A DNA stretch of 64,000 bases from an uncultured Acidobacteriota bacterium (GCA_963757335.1 CAVWRJ010000011.1:71700-135699); one strand, 5' to 3'; positions 1 through 9,002 are shown, counted from the stretch's first letter. Numbers and translations are program-made. The notes: generated by a model not told the origin, from the letters alone.

Positions 1-120
1 GCTCAAGGCGAGGAGAGCGCCGGTAAGCGTGACCGCCCAGCCCTTGAGCAAAAATGAGTTGCCGGCCATACGATTGACAGTCGCTTGGATGAATTCGAGG
101 TGCTTGAGTTTCTCTTCCAT
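1..120 (-). CDS. partial ORF (N-terminus only; gene runs off window start): MEEKLKHLEFIQATVNRMAGNSFLLKGWAVTLTGALLALS..., hydrophobic segment suggests a membrane protein
   Basis: Reverse-complement translation of 1-120 gives an ATG-initiated open frame with an amphipathic/TM-like N-terminus and no stop before the window edge. Not in the ORF track because truncated. Confidence 0.3.
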   Translation of the reverse strand, partial: MEEKLKHLEFIQATVNRMAGNSFLLKGWAVTLTGALLALS

Positions 121-154
121 GGGGGTAGGTGTTCTTTCGGGTAATACGAGTGCG

Positions 155-436
155 CTAGGCTACGGGAAGCCCTTGCCAAGCGACTCCGTTGGTTAGACTA
201 GTAAGCACGGCAAAGGATCGGCCTGTTGTGGCCGCAGCATTTGCTGCTGCCGTACGGGCGCCGTCCAGGGTCCAGTCCGCAACAGCGCAATATTCCGCCC
301 AGGGAAGATGGTATATCGGGCCATCACCGCTCGCGATGGTCCGAAAATAGCCTACTCGTGCCATGGCTGCATGGAGGTTATCGTAGTCCGCCTCGCTTGC
401 GTAGTGAAGCTCGATTCGTGTGATGAATGTGTTCAT
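155..436 (-). CDS. hypothetical protein (93 aa), last gene of the lexA-DUF2188 operon
   Basis: ORF track; tightly spaced downstream of the DUF2188 gene on the same strand; no recognisable motif. Confidence 0.45.
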   Translation of the reverse strand: MNTFITRIELHYASEADYDNLHAAMARVGYFRTIASGDGPIYHLPWAEYCAVADWTLDGARTAAANAAATTGRSFAVLTSLTNGVAWQGLPVA

Positions 437-440
437 GGCG

Positions 441-674
441 TTAGTGCTTTCCGTCCTTAGGCGGATTCGGATCGTTACCGTAGGAGTCCTTGTCGACGAT
501 CCTGTTATCGCGGCCGTGGATCACTAGTTCCGAATGGTTGGCCTTGGCGAGTGGCCGGGCTGCATCGAGCGCGGCGCCCTGGGTGCGGTGACGACTGGAG
601 GCCCGGGAATCGCCTTCCCCGATTACCGCCCAGCTACCCCCCTTCCGATGCGTGACGTGAATGTTCTTACCCAT
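441..674 (-). CDS. DUF2188 family protein
   Basis: 77-aa protein MGKNIHVTHRKGGSWAVIGEG...ELVIHGRDNRIVDKDSYGNDPNPP matches the characteristic DUF2188 pattern (NIHV..GGWAV...HGRDGRI..RDSYGNDP). Its start overlaps the lexA stop. Confidence 0.75.
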   Translation of the reverse strand: MGKNIHVTHRKGGSWAVIGEGDSRASSRHRTQGAALDAARPLAKANHSELVIHGRDNRIVDKDSYGNDPNPPKDGKH

Positions 675-1347
675 GATCGTCTCCTTTGTCGTTGAGAATT
701 TGTGCGCCTTTCTTTATGACCTTCGTCACGACGCCCTGGATCGAAAAGCCGGGGCCGACGAGGATCGGGCGGTAGTGGGACTGGGAAGATTCCGGCTTCA
801 AGACCCAATAGTCCGGGAGGCGAGCCAGCTTCTTCACGGTCGCCTCGCCATCCACATGGGCGACGACGATTGCTCCGGGATCGGCTACGGTCTGTTGGCG
901 TACTAGGACAAGATCCCCGTCCTCGATCCGCTCCCCGGCAACTACGGCCCGGTCCATAGATTGGCCGTGGACACGGAGGAGGAAGAACTGGCCCGACTTC
1001 GGGGAGAGGTCCTCTACGGGAAGTTGGAGCCAGCCGTCGTAGCGCTGTTCGGCGAGGTCGAGTCCGCCGGCGGTAACGCGACCCAGGACCGGTACCGGGC
1101 GGGTCTCTGGCCCGCCAGAGGGCCGGCGGAGCACCTGGATGCCCCGAGCGCCGGGAGCGCGGCGGATGAAGCCGCCGTCTTCGAGCTCCTGGAGGTAGCG
1201 GAGGACGGTGCGGCTCGAACCAACGCCGAGGGCCTGGCGGAACTCCTCGATGGTCGGCGCTCTGCCATGCTGGATCGCATAGCGCTCCAGGGCGGCGAGG
1301 ATCTGTTCGGGTTGGTAGGTTCGTTGTCTGCCCATACGATTAGCCAT
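667..1347 (-). CDS. lexA: LexA-type transcriptional repressor (S24 peptidase, autocleaving)
   Basis: N-terminal wHTH (ILAALERYAIQHGRAPTIEEFRQALGVGSSRTVLRYLQELEDGGFIRR), catalytic Ser in GQSM and Lys in VKKL typical of LexA/S24. ORF track frame extends to 1374; likely start is MANR (1347) or MGRQ (1335). Confidence 0.85.
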   Translation of the reverse strand: MANRMGRQRTYQPEQILAALERYAIQHGRAPTIEEFRQALGVGSSRTVLRYLQELEDGGFIRRAPGARGIQVLRRPSGGPETRPVPVLGRVTAGGLDLAEQRYDGWLQLPVEDLSPKSGQFFLLRVHGQSMDRAVVAGERIEDGDLVLVRQQTVADPGAIVVAHVDGEATVKKLARLPDYWVLKPESSQSHYRPILVGPGFSIQGVVTKVIKKGAQILNDKGDDHG

Positions 1348-1646
1348 ATGACCATGGATTTGTACCACAGGCATGGTCTATTCTAGAGCACACTTCTCCC
1401 CTCGTCAAGAGACGGGAGCCGTTGTCTGTCTTGGCTGAACCGAGGATCACCTCTCCTCAAAGCATGGAAGGAGAGTCAGAGGAAGACGGTTCTAGCTGCC
1501 GCCTTGACAGCGGGCCTTTCTCCACGAAGTTCGAACCTTTTTGGCTGATACGGAGTCAGAAGAAAAGCTAGGAAAGATACGGCAATTGATGGAGGGTAGT
1601 CAAAGGAGACCAGGAAGTCGGAATCAGGGCAAGGCGGCGTGAGCTG

Positions 1647-1874
1647 CTAGAAGAGCGCCTTGAACTCGTCCTCTGTCATCCCGCTCTGGCGGATGATGGC
1701 TCGCACGGTGCCGCGGGGCAGGTCGCCATGGTGCATGGGAACCACGGTGCGGAGCTTCCGCTCGGGATGGACGAGGAGGAGGTGGCTCGTGCGGTGCTGG
1801 CGGTGTTCGATGAAGCCAGCTTGCTTCAGCGCCTTGACTATTTGCTTCGCGGTGAGGCTCCTGAGGTGCTCCAT
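1647..1874 (-). CDS. hicA: type II toxin-antitoxin system HicA family toxin
   Basis: MEHLRSLTAKQIVKALKQAGF...RQHRTSHLLLVHPERKLRTVVPMHHGDLPRGTVRAIIRQSGM matches the HicA/YcfA signature (GSHH..HP...VP.H..L..GT...I..Q.G). The upstream extension of the ORF-track frame is non-coding-like. Confidence 0.8.
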   Translation of the reverse strand: MEHLRSLTAKQIVKALKQAGFIEHRQHRTSHLLLVHPERKLRTVVPMHHGDLPRGTVRAIIRQSGMTEDEFKALF

Positions 1875-2107
1875 GCTGCCGGGGCTTGGATTTGGACAAA
1901 AGCATCGGCAGAGAGGGTGTCCTCGGGGATGGGCAGGCCGTCGTCGGCCAGGGAAGATAGGTAGAGCTCGATGGCTTCGTGGGCCATCTGGACAGAGTGC
2001 TCGTAGTCGCGGCCCCAGGTAACGCAACCCTGGAGGGCGGGAACGGTCACGGTATATCCCCCTTCGGGCTCGGGGGTAAGATGGATACGATAGGTGAGGG
2101 TGTTCAT
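1838..2107 (-). CDS. hicB: type II toxin-antitoxin system HicB family antitoxin (UPF0150)
   Basis: MNTLTYRIHLTPEPEGGYTVTVPALQGCVTWGRDYEHSVQMAHEAIELYL is classic HicB/UPF0150 N-terminal fold; 3' end overlaps the hicA start. Confidence 0.8.
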   Translation of the reverse strand: MNTLTYRIHLTPEPEGGYTVTVPALQGCVTWGRDYEHSVQMAHEAIELYLSSLADDGLPIPEDTLSADAFVQIQAPAAWSTSGASPRSK

Positions 2108-2473
2108 TGCATTCTTATTCTACCCTTCGGAGATGAAGGGTCAAGGAAGAGACGACTCTTGACGGTTTCGATAGCTTCAGCCGTTCAAAGCGAGGTACCT
2201 GCTCGCACCGCGCCATCAGGCTCGCGGGTACTCTTCAAGGGTCGAAGCCTATCGTGCGCCTGAGACTCGCCGCCCCATCTTCCCTAACAGGCTGCTGAAG
2301 ACTCAGTGCATCTCCATTACTCGATGCCAGATTGTCTCCCCAAGCACCTGCTTGTCGGACTGGCCCGACTCGGACGTGAATGCGAGTTTTCAGCAGCCTG
2401 CGACACCAAGTGTCCGGCGTCGAAAAAAGTAACAACTTATACTCACCGGCGACGCTGGCTTGGCCACCGATTA

Positions 2474-3607
2474 TCAACCTGGCTCGCCAAGAAAGAATAT
2501 CTTCGCCACCTCGCCCAAAGTCTGGTTGCACCTCCATGCATCACTAACTGGCGATGCCCCGGTTTCGAGTCGGCTTCCCGGTGCCAATCTCATTGGAACA
2601 CCACCATAGTCGCTATGAACCTTGTCGAGGCCGAGCTTGTAGATCCCGATGTTGTTAATCGCAGCACCTACGAAGTTCGCATATACACCTGGTCGAGTGT
2701 TCGTCGTCACCTCTGATAGAGGTCGAGGTTCAGAAGCGCCTCTTGCCATATCAGGAGATGAGATCCTCCCTAAAAGCACCAAAGCCGAACGATATTGTCT
2801 TACAAAGATGGATTCTGAAGCAAGTTGCACATTCGGACCTATCAAATTCGTACCTGGATGAACAGCCTTAGAGCCAAAGTCTCCGAACGCTTCATAGGCA
2901 TCAAGGTTAGCCCGAAACTTTTCGAACCGGCTGGCACTGATTAGTTCAAGCATAGATGTAAGAGCGCTGGTAACGTCCTTGGTCGTCATCTTACCGCTAA
3001 TGGAAGCACGCAGGGGGCTTTCATTTTTGACCAACTTACTTCCTTTCACGCCAACAGGCGGTGGAAGCACCCCAAGAGGAGAGCCGAGGTCAACCAGCGA
3101 CGGATTAAGATCAGTAATGCTAGCCCCAATCGGGGAAAAGATCGGTTCTGGCTTGGTCGTGGAGCTGGCTAGCCTAAGCTCAAACCCAACCTCATAGGAC
3201 ATCTTGGATTCGAGCGGAGAGACTGTGGCTCGTACTACCGAACCGTATGAAGGGCTCAGTGGATCAAGGTCTCGCAGTCGCACGTCCCAGCTTCCATCGA
3301 TGGTCCCCTCTGGATTAAATTCCTCACGACCTTCGAGGCAGATTGGGATAGAACTCTTATTGGTATTCTCGTCTCCCAAAGCAAAGAGATAGCGGAACAC
3401 TTGGTTGCTGCGAGGCTGTAGGTGATCCTTTGCACAGATATGCTCCACTCTGCTACCAGATAGTGTCACACCGTACCCGCCAACGGGTTGGCTGGAACGA
3501 TAGACTTCGATTCGATAGTAAGGATCTCCCCTCCTGAGATCAGTTACGTCTAGCTGAGATACGTTGCCATCGTTGCAGACGCTAATACCGACTTGACCAA
3601 GTCCCAT
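2474..3607 (-). CDS. hypothetical protein (377 aa), lower-GC orphan gene inside mobile element
   Basis: Long ORF in a visibly AT-richer island (about 2.3-3.7 kb); no recognisable catalytic motifs; Ser/Gly/Pro-rich. Confidence 0.55.
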   Translation of the reverse strand: MGLGQVGISVCNDGNVSQLDVTDLRRGDPYYRIEVYRSSQPVGGYGVTLSGSRVEHICAKDHLQPRSNQVFRYLFALGDENTNKSSIPICLEGREEFNPEGTIDGSWDVRLRDLDPLSPSYGSVVRATVSPLESKMSYEVGFELRLASSTTKPEPIFSPIGASITDLNPSLVDLGSPLGVLPPPVGVKGSKLVKNESPLRASISGKMTTKDVTSALTSMLELISASRFEKFRANLDAYEAFGDFGSKAVHPGTNLIGPNVQLASESIFVRQYRSALVLLGRISSPDMARGASEPRPLSEVTTNTRPGVYANFVGAAINNIGIYKLGLDKVHSDYGGVPMRLAPGSRLETGASPVSDAWRCNQTLGEVAKIFFLGEPG

Positions 3608-3814
3608 AGTGTCCTCCTTCGCCTAAGCGTTTCTCTGGCAAGGCACGATTGCCAGCCATACGTCATCACATCATTGCAACAAGTGCAACTCTAACATTCC
3701 AATATGAGCATGTGTGCCTGTCGGTTACGCCTGGCAGATTGTCTGACGTATTGAAATAAGAGGACTATGCTCCAACAAGAAAACATAGTGTTAGCATCGC
3801 TTGTTAGTTACCTG

Positions 3815-4825
3815 CTAAGGCGAAAAATCGCGGATCGAAACTGCGAGGTGAGATGGAAGTGGCTCAGGAATAAGGCGCATCTCCTCACCCCGTCCATTCA
3901 CCCACTCGTGCGCCAGGAGGTCCCCGCGGCCAAGTCTTTCCTCGTCTGTGAAGAGAAAGAGGCGCGAGCCGACGCCGAGTGACCGGCACGCCTCGACCAG
4001 GTGCCCCACCCGCTCCTTCGTCGTCGTGACTGTCAAGATCCGGAAGTTCGGGATACCGAGGTGCGTCTTGTGGAGCCCTTGCCGCCAGGTCTCCCGGTAC
4101 GCGAGGAGCTTGCGGAGGAAAGAAGTCTGCTCAAGCCCCCTCCGCGCTACCGGCATCGTACCCCGGTCCGCTTCGAGGAAGAAGAATGCCCGATTCCTGT
4201 TCTCCGGCTGCCCATCGAATCGTAGCCCGAAGACCCGATCCGGCTCCACGCCCAAGCGGTGGGTCTTTTCGTCCCTACGCACATCGACCTGCCAGCGGAA
4301 GAGAAGCTGAAGACGTTGGGTCGTTTCCGGCACCCCGGCGAGCACTTCCTCGGCCTGGATTATCCGCACCCCCTCGCGCCTCCTGCAAGCTACCTCAAGG
4401 GCCACCATGACCTGGGCGACCGCGAGCGTGTGATGGAGGAAGACGCGGGAGAGGTTCCGGTTCTTCGTGTCCCAGCGGACGCCGCCCCGGCTCACCCGGG
4501 CCTCGGGCGCGAGAATCTCCGCGCCCCGGTTTCCGAGCGCATAGACCATGGGCTCCGAGCCCCGGGCATACCAGTCTAGCTGCATCGGCGGGCGATCGAG
4601 GTAGCCATGGTGAAAGAGGAGCTGCAAGCGGCGGAGCGTCGTTTGAGGACTCCCTCCCGCAAGAGCGACGAGATGCGTGGAGCGCAGAAGCCGATGCCGG
4701 TAGACGGCGCGAAGGATATCGATGTCGCGGAGCGTAAGGACGATGCCGCGCACCGGAGCGCGCTTGAAGCGCGGCTGGCGATTCTGGAGGTGAGCCATCG
4801 GATGAGCGTACGCGCCACCCGACAC
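3815..4825 (-). CDS. replication-relaxation family protein (Replic_Relax, N-terminal wHTH)
   Basis: LTLRDIDILRAVYRHRLLRSTHLVALAGGSPQTTLRRLQLLFHHGYLDR matches the Replic_Relax N-terminal pattern (LT.RD..IL..v..hR.l...ql..L......a.rRL..L...GlldR). Sits directly downstream of the HerA/TraD-like ATPase, as in actinomycete-type integrative elements. Confidence 0.7.
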   Translation of the reverse strand: MSGGAYAHPMAHLQNRQPRFKRAPVRGIVLTLRDIDILRAVYRHRLLRSTHLVALAGGSPQTTLRRLQLLFHHGYLDRPPMQLDWYARGSEPMVYALGNRGAEILAPEARVSRGGVRWDTKNRNLSRVFLHHTLAVAQVMVALEVACRRREGVRIIQAEEVLAGVPETTQRLQLLFRWQVDVRRDEKTHRLGVEPDRVFGLRFDGQPENRNRAFFFLEADRGTMPVARRGLEQTSFLRKLLAYRETWRQGLHKTHLGIPNFRILTVTTTKERVGHLVEACRSLGVGSRLFLFTDEERLGRGDLLAHEWVNGRGEEMRLIPEPLPSHLAVSIRDFSP

Positions 4826-4843
4826 TCCAGAAAGGCGGCGGCG

Positions 4844-6124
4844 TCAGCCGCCCATCCATCTCATGATCCTCCCTTCCACCTCCTCCCTCGGCCGGCCATA
4901 CCGCTCCCTTGATTGCCGCATCACGGCCTCCTGCCGTCCCGTACTCATACCCCGGACGGGCGCGAGTGTCGTTCCCCGGAACGGCTCCATCGCCCGGCCA
5001 TGTTCGAGGATCCGCGCATAGATCTCGTGCTTCCCCAAGGAGACAAGGTTCCCCATCTTCACGTCGCCGCCGAGCTCGTCTTCCAAGAGGCGGGCGTCGG
5101 ACTGCCCCACCCGGAAGGCGATGAGGTTGCCGACATTGCCGAATACGCTTTGCCGGATCTCGTCGGTCAGCTGATCCAGGTACTGGTGGGCGAGGACGAG
5201 GGCAAGGCCGTATTTCCGGGCCTCCGCAAGGATCGAGGTCAGGGCCTCGGTCGCGAAGCTTTGGAACTCGTCTATATATAGATAGAAGGGGGTGCGGGGT
5301 GCCGCTGTCGGATTTGCCCGTTGCATTGCCGCCCATTGAAACTGCGAGAGAAGAAGGGCTCCGAGGAGCCGCGAATGGTCTTCGCCCACGACCCCTTTCG
5401 CGAGATCGGCAATCATGATCCGGCTATGGTCCATGAGGAAGCCCGCGTCGAAGCGGTTCCTCGCCTGGCCGAAGACGTTCCGGATCGGCGCATTCGCGAG
5501 GAGCCGCCCGATCTTGTTTTGGATCGGGGCGATGGCTTCGAGGCGGAAGCGGCGCTCGTAGCGCGCGTATTCCTCCCTCCAAAAAGCGCGGACGACTGGG
5601 TCCTTGATCCTGGCCGTTACGCGCTCCCGGAAGGCGTCGTCCGCGAGAAGCCGGGGCAGGGCGAGGATCGTGAGCCCGCCGTGGTCCATGAGTGCCGCGA
5701 GGGCATGCCCCAGGATGTATTCCATCCGGGGTCCCCAGCTTCCGCCCCAGATCCCGCGGAATGCGGAGAGCACGCCGGCTACGACGAGGTGCTCGTGGTC
5801 CCGCGGCACCTTGGGCAAGAGGTTCAGGCCCACGGGATGCGCGAGATCGCCCGGATTGAAGTACAAGACCTCGTTCGTCCGCGAGCGGGGTACGAAGTCC
5901 AGGATCTCCCGGGCGAGGTCGCCGTGCGGATCGAGGAGTCCCACTCCGCGCCCGGCATAGAGGTCCTGGAGGATGAGGTTCCGGAGAAGCGTGCTCTTGC
6001 CGAGGCCGGTTTTCCCCACGATATACAAGTGCTGCGCCCGGTCCTCGGGCGCGAGGAGAACGAGCTTCTCCTCGGGAGAGACCCAGTACGTGCGGGTGCC
6101 GAGCGCAATGGGAGTGTGGTCCAT
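4844..6124 (-). CDS. HerA/FtsK-superfamily (TraD/type IV coupling protein-like) DNA-translocase ATPase
   Basis: Walker A GKTGLGKSTLL, LDPHGDL motif, Walker B FYLYIDEFQ, LALVLAHQYLDQL and NLIAFRVGQSDA motifs; paralogous to the ATPase at 23509-26496. Likely start MDHT (ORF-track frame extends to 6184). Confidence 0.75.
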   Translation of the reverse strand: MDHTPIALGTRTYWVSPEEKLVLLAPEDRAQHLYIVGKTGLGKSTLLRNLILQDLYAGRGVGLLDPHGDLAREILDFVPRSRTNEVLYFNPGDLAHPVGLNLLPKVPRDHEHLVVAGVLSAFRGIWGGSWGPRMEYILGHALAALMDHGGLTILALPRLLADDAFRERVTARIKDPVVRAFWREEYARYERRFRLEAIAPIQNKIGRLLANAPIRNVFGQARNRFDAGFLMDHSRIMIADLAKGVVGEDHSRLLGALLLSQFQWAAMQRANPTAAPRTPFYLYIDEFQSFATEALTSILAEARKYGLALVLAHQYLDQLTDEIRQSVFGNVGNLIAFRVGQSDARLLEDELGGDVKMGNLVSLGKHEIYARILEHGRAMEPFRGTTLAPVRGMSTGRQEAVMRQSRERYGRPREEVEGRIMRWMGG

Positions 6125-6667
6125 GTGAGTGGTAGTTGCGCCCTGCCTCTCTTCCCCTCCCCGTGGGGAGCCAGTCCTCCCCAAGCGGGGAGGAACCGCA
6201 GAGGCCCCTGTCCTGGCGGCCGGCGGTTACGCCCGCATCAAGGAGTTGGTGACCGAGCGGGCGCGGTAAGAGAGGTGGGCGCGGGAGAGTGTGGCGCGTT
6301 TTGACCTCACGGCAAAGGCGGAGAAGTTCGACGCCGTGGCAGTAGTGGCGCCTGCGGCGCCGACCCTTCGTTTGCCAGTCCCCACCGCTGTTGGGCAGGC
6401 CGAATTTCGGCCGGTGGGCCCGACTCGCGCGCTTTGGTCGAAGGGTCCTGCGATAGCGGAAAGACCCGAGACCCGTTAGCCGTCAGGAAAACGCGCGAGT
6501 CGGGCGCAGCCCGGCAGCGGTGGGGAGCCAGTTTATGAAGCCCCGTATGGGGATTCGGCCGTCCGCCTTTGGCGGAGCCCCTACATACCTTGTATGTACC
6601 AGGGTATGTACTTGCGTGAGTGCCGTTTCCTTGAAGGATCACAACAAAGACTTGCATTTTTGTCTTG

Positions 6668-7630
6668 CTACTTAGCGTTCTTCCGCCTTGGGTTTTTTAT
6701 GTGAGGAGTCAATGTGCGGATGTAGTCCTCGACATTAGCGGCGTTTTCCTTGAGCTTGATGGGTGGTGCAATGGGTGCCTCGCTCACCCACTTACTGAAT
6801 TCCGGTATAGAAAGGTCCACCATGGCGCGGAAGGAATCCCGGTACTCACGGTAGGCGGGCAGGCTTAGCCGGTAAAAAATTACAAAAGCTGCAATCCCGA
6901 AGAGTGCGATCTGAAAGGCAAGCTTCGCACTCTCCGCCGGAATGAGCCACACATGCTCTAAGCAGCGGCCCCTAATCACATTGAATAGGAGAACCAAGAA
7001 GGCAACGATAGCGATACCAGCGCCCGCAGCGGAGCTCAAGAGTATTGATTCAGCGATGCTAGATTTCTCATCAACTTCAGCCCGGCTTTCCTCAGAAGCC
7101 AAGAAAATCAGATGGTTCCAGAAAAAAATTGTATCAATTCCGTAGATATTTTTAGGATATAGCTCATAGCTTGCGATGAGATTTCCAAGCCGAGTTGGCC
7201 TCTCCGCCTCAAAAATATAGGTGTCGCCATCGGCTCGGTAGGGAAAATCAGCGAGATAGCTCTGAATGCGTTCTACCTCGGGACTTTTTTGCTTGCCTTG
7301 GTTGTATAGTTCGCGCATTCTCTCCTGACGCAACCTTACTTGCCGAGAGTTCCAAGCCTTAGCTGGAAGAGTAAGCCAAGATAGACGAAAGCCTTCGTAA
7401 ACATAGAAAATAGGCCTCGCTGCGCTTGAGATAAGGAAACCAAACAGGATTACCTCGATCAGGAAAACGACATTCTGATCAAGGTCTATAGGCTTAGTGA
7501 ACGCAGCGACAATAGCGAGAGGCTTGTAGGAGTGAAGACCAACGGCAGCTACTAGGCCAGGCAAGAACATACGCCGCAGTTGCGCACCGCTGAATCCGGC
7601 GGAGGTACTAACTCCTTCACTTTCGGCCAC
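6668..7630 (-). CDS. hypothetical membrane protein (about 4 TM helices: 2 TM, soluble region, 2 TM), lower GC
   Basis: Hydrophobic segments LPGLVAAVGL / VVFLIEVILFGFLISSAA / AGAGIAIVAFLVLLF / LAFQIALFGIAAFVIFY; AT-richer than surroundings; last gene of a 3-gene operon. Confidence 0.55.
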   Translation of the reverse strand: MAESEGVSTSAGFSGAQLRRMFLPGLVAAVGLHSYKPLAIVAAFTKPIDLDQNVVFLIEVILFGFLISSAARPIFYVYEGFRLSWLTLPAKAWNSRQVRLRQERMRELYNQGKQKSPEVERIQSYLADFPYRADGDTYIFEAERPTRLGNLIASYELYPKNIYGIDTIFFWNHLIFLASEESRAEVDEKSSIAESILLSSAAGAGIAIVAFLVLLFNVIRGRCLEHVWLIPAESAKLAFQIALFGIAAFVIFYRLSLPAYREYRDSFRAMVDLSIPEFSKWVSEAPIAPPIKLKENAANVEDYIRTLTPHIKNPRRKNAK

Positions 7631-7976
7631 GGGTTCCCCCCGAAGACCCGGACGTCTTTTTTCCTCTCGTAGGAGTAGATCCTCCAGAAGGCACTGGCCC
7701 CTTAGCTCCTGGAGGTTTGGAAGGAGGTTCCGAAGGTCGCTTCGGGCCTGCGGCAGCTATAGCGGGAGCCCTTAGGGTCTGTCTCTCCCCTAGAGCCTTC
7801 GAAACAGGCTTTCTGGTTCGAGCCGGTACTACGATTTTTTCCACATCGCTTTTGGAAGGAACTGGTGATCGCTTCTCGGTCGTTCTCTTTCTTTTCAATT
7901 TTTTTCTAATAGTGCTTAGGTGATCGCGTCGCTTAGGCGAAGTAGTGTCCGGCGACACTTCCGAGTCGCTAGCCAT
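7617..7976 (-). CDS. hypothetical lysine/arginine-rich low-complexity (histone H1-like, probably disordered) protein
   Basis: 119-aa ORF rich in K/R/P/S/T (KKLKRKRTTEKRSPVPSKSD...GKKTSGSSGGTRGRK); 3' end overlaps the downstream membrane-protein gene by 14 nt; could also be an out-of-frame artefact. Confidence 0.35.
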   Translation of the reverse strand: MASDSEVSPDTTSPKRRDHLSTIRKKLKRKRTTEKRSPVPSKSDVEKIVVPARTRKPVSKALGERQTLRAPAIAAAGPKRPSEPPSKPPGAKGPVPSGGSTPTRGKKTSGSSGGTRGRK

Positions 7977-8260
7977 TAAGTATGCTGAAGGGCTATCACG
8001 GGAATTCCCGTTGCCTTTGAGATCTCGCTGGGACTCCGAAATTTGAGGAGTCCGTACGGGTCGCTCTCCACCTTGCGAAAGAATTTCTCCAAGTTCTTGT
8101 GCACTTTACGCAAATGAGACAAGAGGGCTAGGAACTCGTCCGCGCTAATGGTGCCGGACTGAGTCTGGCCAACTGCTAACTGCGGTCTTCCATCTTCAGG
8201 CATGGTCAAATCCTTTCGACGCTTCGTCGAAATCATAATAATTCCTGCGGGAATGCGCAA
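7976..8260 (-). CDS. hypothetical small protein, first gene of the low-GC 3-gene operon (start may be internal Met at about 8236 or 8203)
   Basis: ORF track; AGGA-type RBS before internal ATGs; stop abuts the start of the next gene. Confidence 0.4.
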   Translation of the reverse strand: MRIPAGIIMISTKRRKDLTMPEDGRPQLAVGQTQSGTISADEFLALLSHLRKVHKNLEKFFRKVESDPYGLLKFRSPSEISKATGIPVIALQHT

Positions 8261-8397
8261 CCATATACGCCCTCTCCAACATGAGGATATTTACATTACG
8301 CACAAGGCAGCCCTCTGCACCGCCTTTTGTCGCTCCTTCTCCCCCGTACTCTGAGATCCGGTCCTTCAAAACCCATTTCAGAGAAAGGAAGAGTGCG

Positions 8398-8706
8398 ATG
8401 CAGATAGTGATACCCCGGTTCCGGGTGGGATGGCTCGTCATGACACCCGCCGCGCTTTTGGCGCTCCTTGAGGCAGAAGAAGATCCAAAGACCTTCGTCG
8501 CCCGCCACCTCGCAGGCGATTGGGGCGATGTCGGCCCCGAGGAGTGGGCGAGGAATGAGTACGCCGCGACCCACGGCGAGCGGATCGTCTCGGTCTTCCA
8601 CACCCGCCACGGCCGTGAGCTCTCCCTCGTGACTGAGGGCAACCGGTACGCCACAACGATGCTCATGCCCGAGCCTGAACCTCTGGAGCGAAAGGAGAAC
8701 CCATGA
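8398..8706 (+). CDS. hypothetical small acidic Trp/Gly-rich protein (conjugative-element leading-region type)
   Basis: MQIVIPRF...MTPAALLALLEAEEDPKTFVARHLAGDWGDVGPEEWARNEYAATHGERIVSVFHTRHGRELSLVTEGNRYATTMLMPE; stop overlaps the next ORF start (ATGA); ORF-track frame opens at 8281. Confidence 0.5.
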   Translation: MQIVIPRFRVGWLVMTPAALLALLEAEEDPKTFVARHLAGDWGDVGPEEWARNEYAATHGERIVSVFHTRHGRELSLVTEGNRYATTMLMPEPEPLERKENP

Positions 8707-8951
8707 AGCCTGCGACCCGCGAAGAAGCGAACCACGAAGCCTCGAAGCTCGACAGTCTCGCGGAGACCTGCGGCCTCTCGGTCACCTCGTTCATCGAGGA
8801 GTATGCCCTCGAAGACGTAGTACCCGGGATCTGCATGAACCCGCACTGCGACTTCACGGCCGAGTACGAGCCCGACCAGCGCGAGGGCTGGTGCGAGGAG
8901 TGCGGGACCGGAAGCGTCCGGAGCGGCATCTCCCTTGCCGGCCTCATCTAG
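8703..8951 (+). CDS. hypothetical zinc-ribbon protein (CxxxxC ... CxxC)
   Basis: 82 aa with CMNPHC and CEEC pairs; translationally coupled to the upstream ORF. Confidence 0.5.
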   Translation: MKPATREEANHEASKLDSLAETCGLSVTSFIEEYALEDVVPGICMNPHCDFTAEYEPDQREGWCEECGTGSVRSGISLAGLI

Positions 8952-9002
8952 GCCCCACCCTCTCCCCCACTTCCAACCCAAGAGACAAAAGGAGGTCCGC
9001 CT

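Noticed and set aside
1515-1535. tRNA T-arm-like GGTTCGAAC near the element interior (possible integration-site tRNA)
   Set aside because: No flanking acceptor/anticodon stem structure or conserved tRNA positions could be traced; isolated 9-mer only.
4395-5336. 313-aa minus-strand ORF overlapping the HerA/TraD-like gene
   Set aside because: Alternate frame of a well-supported gene; Pro/Arg/Gly-rich artefact.
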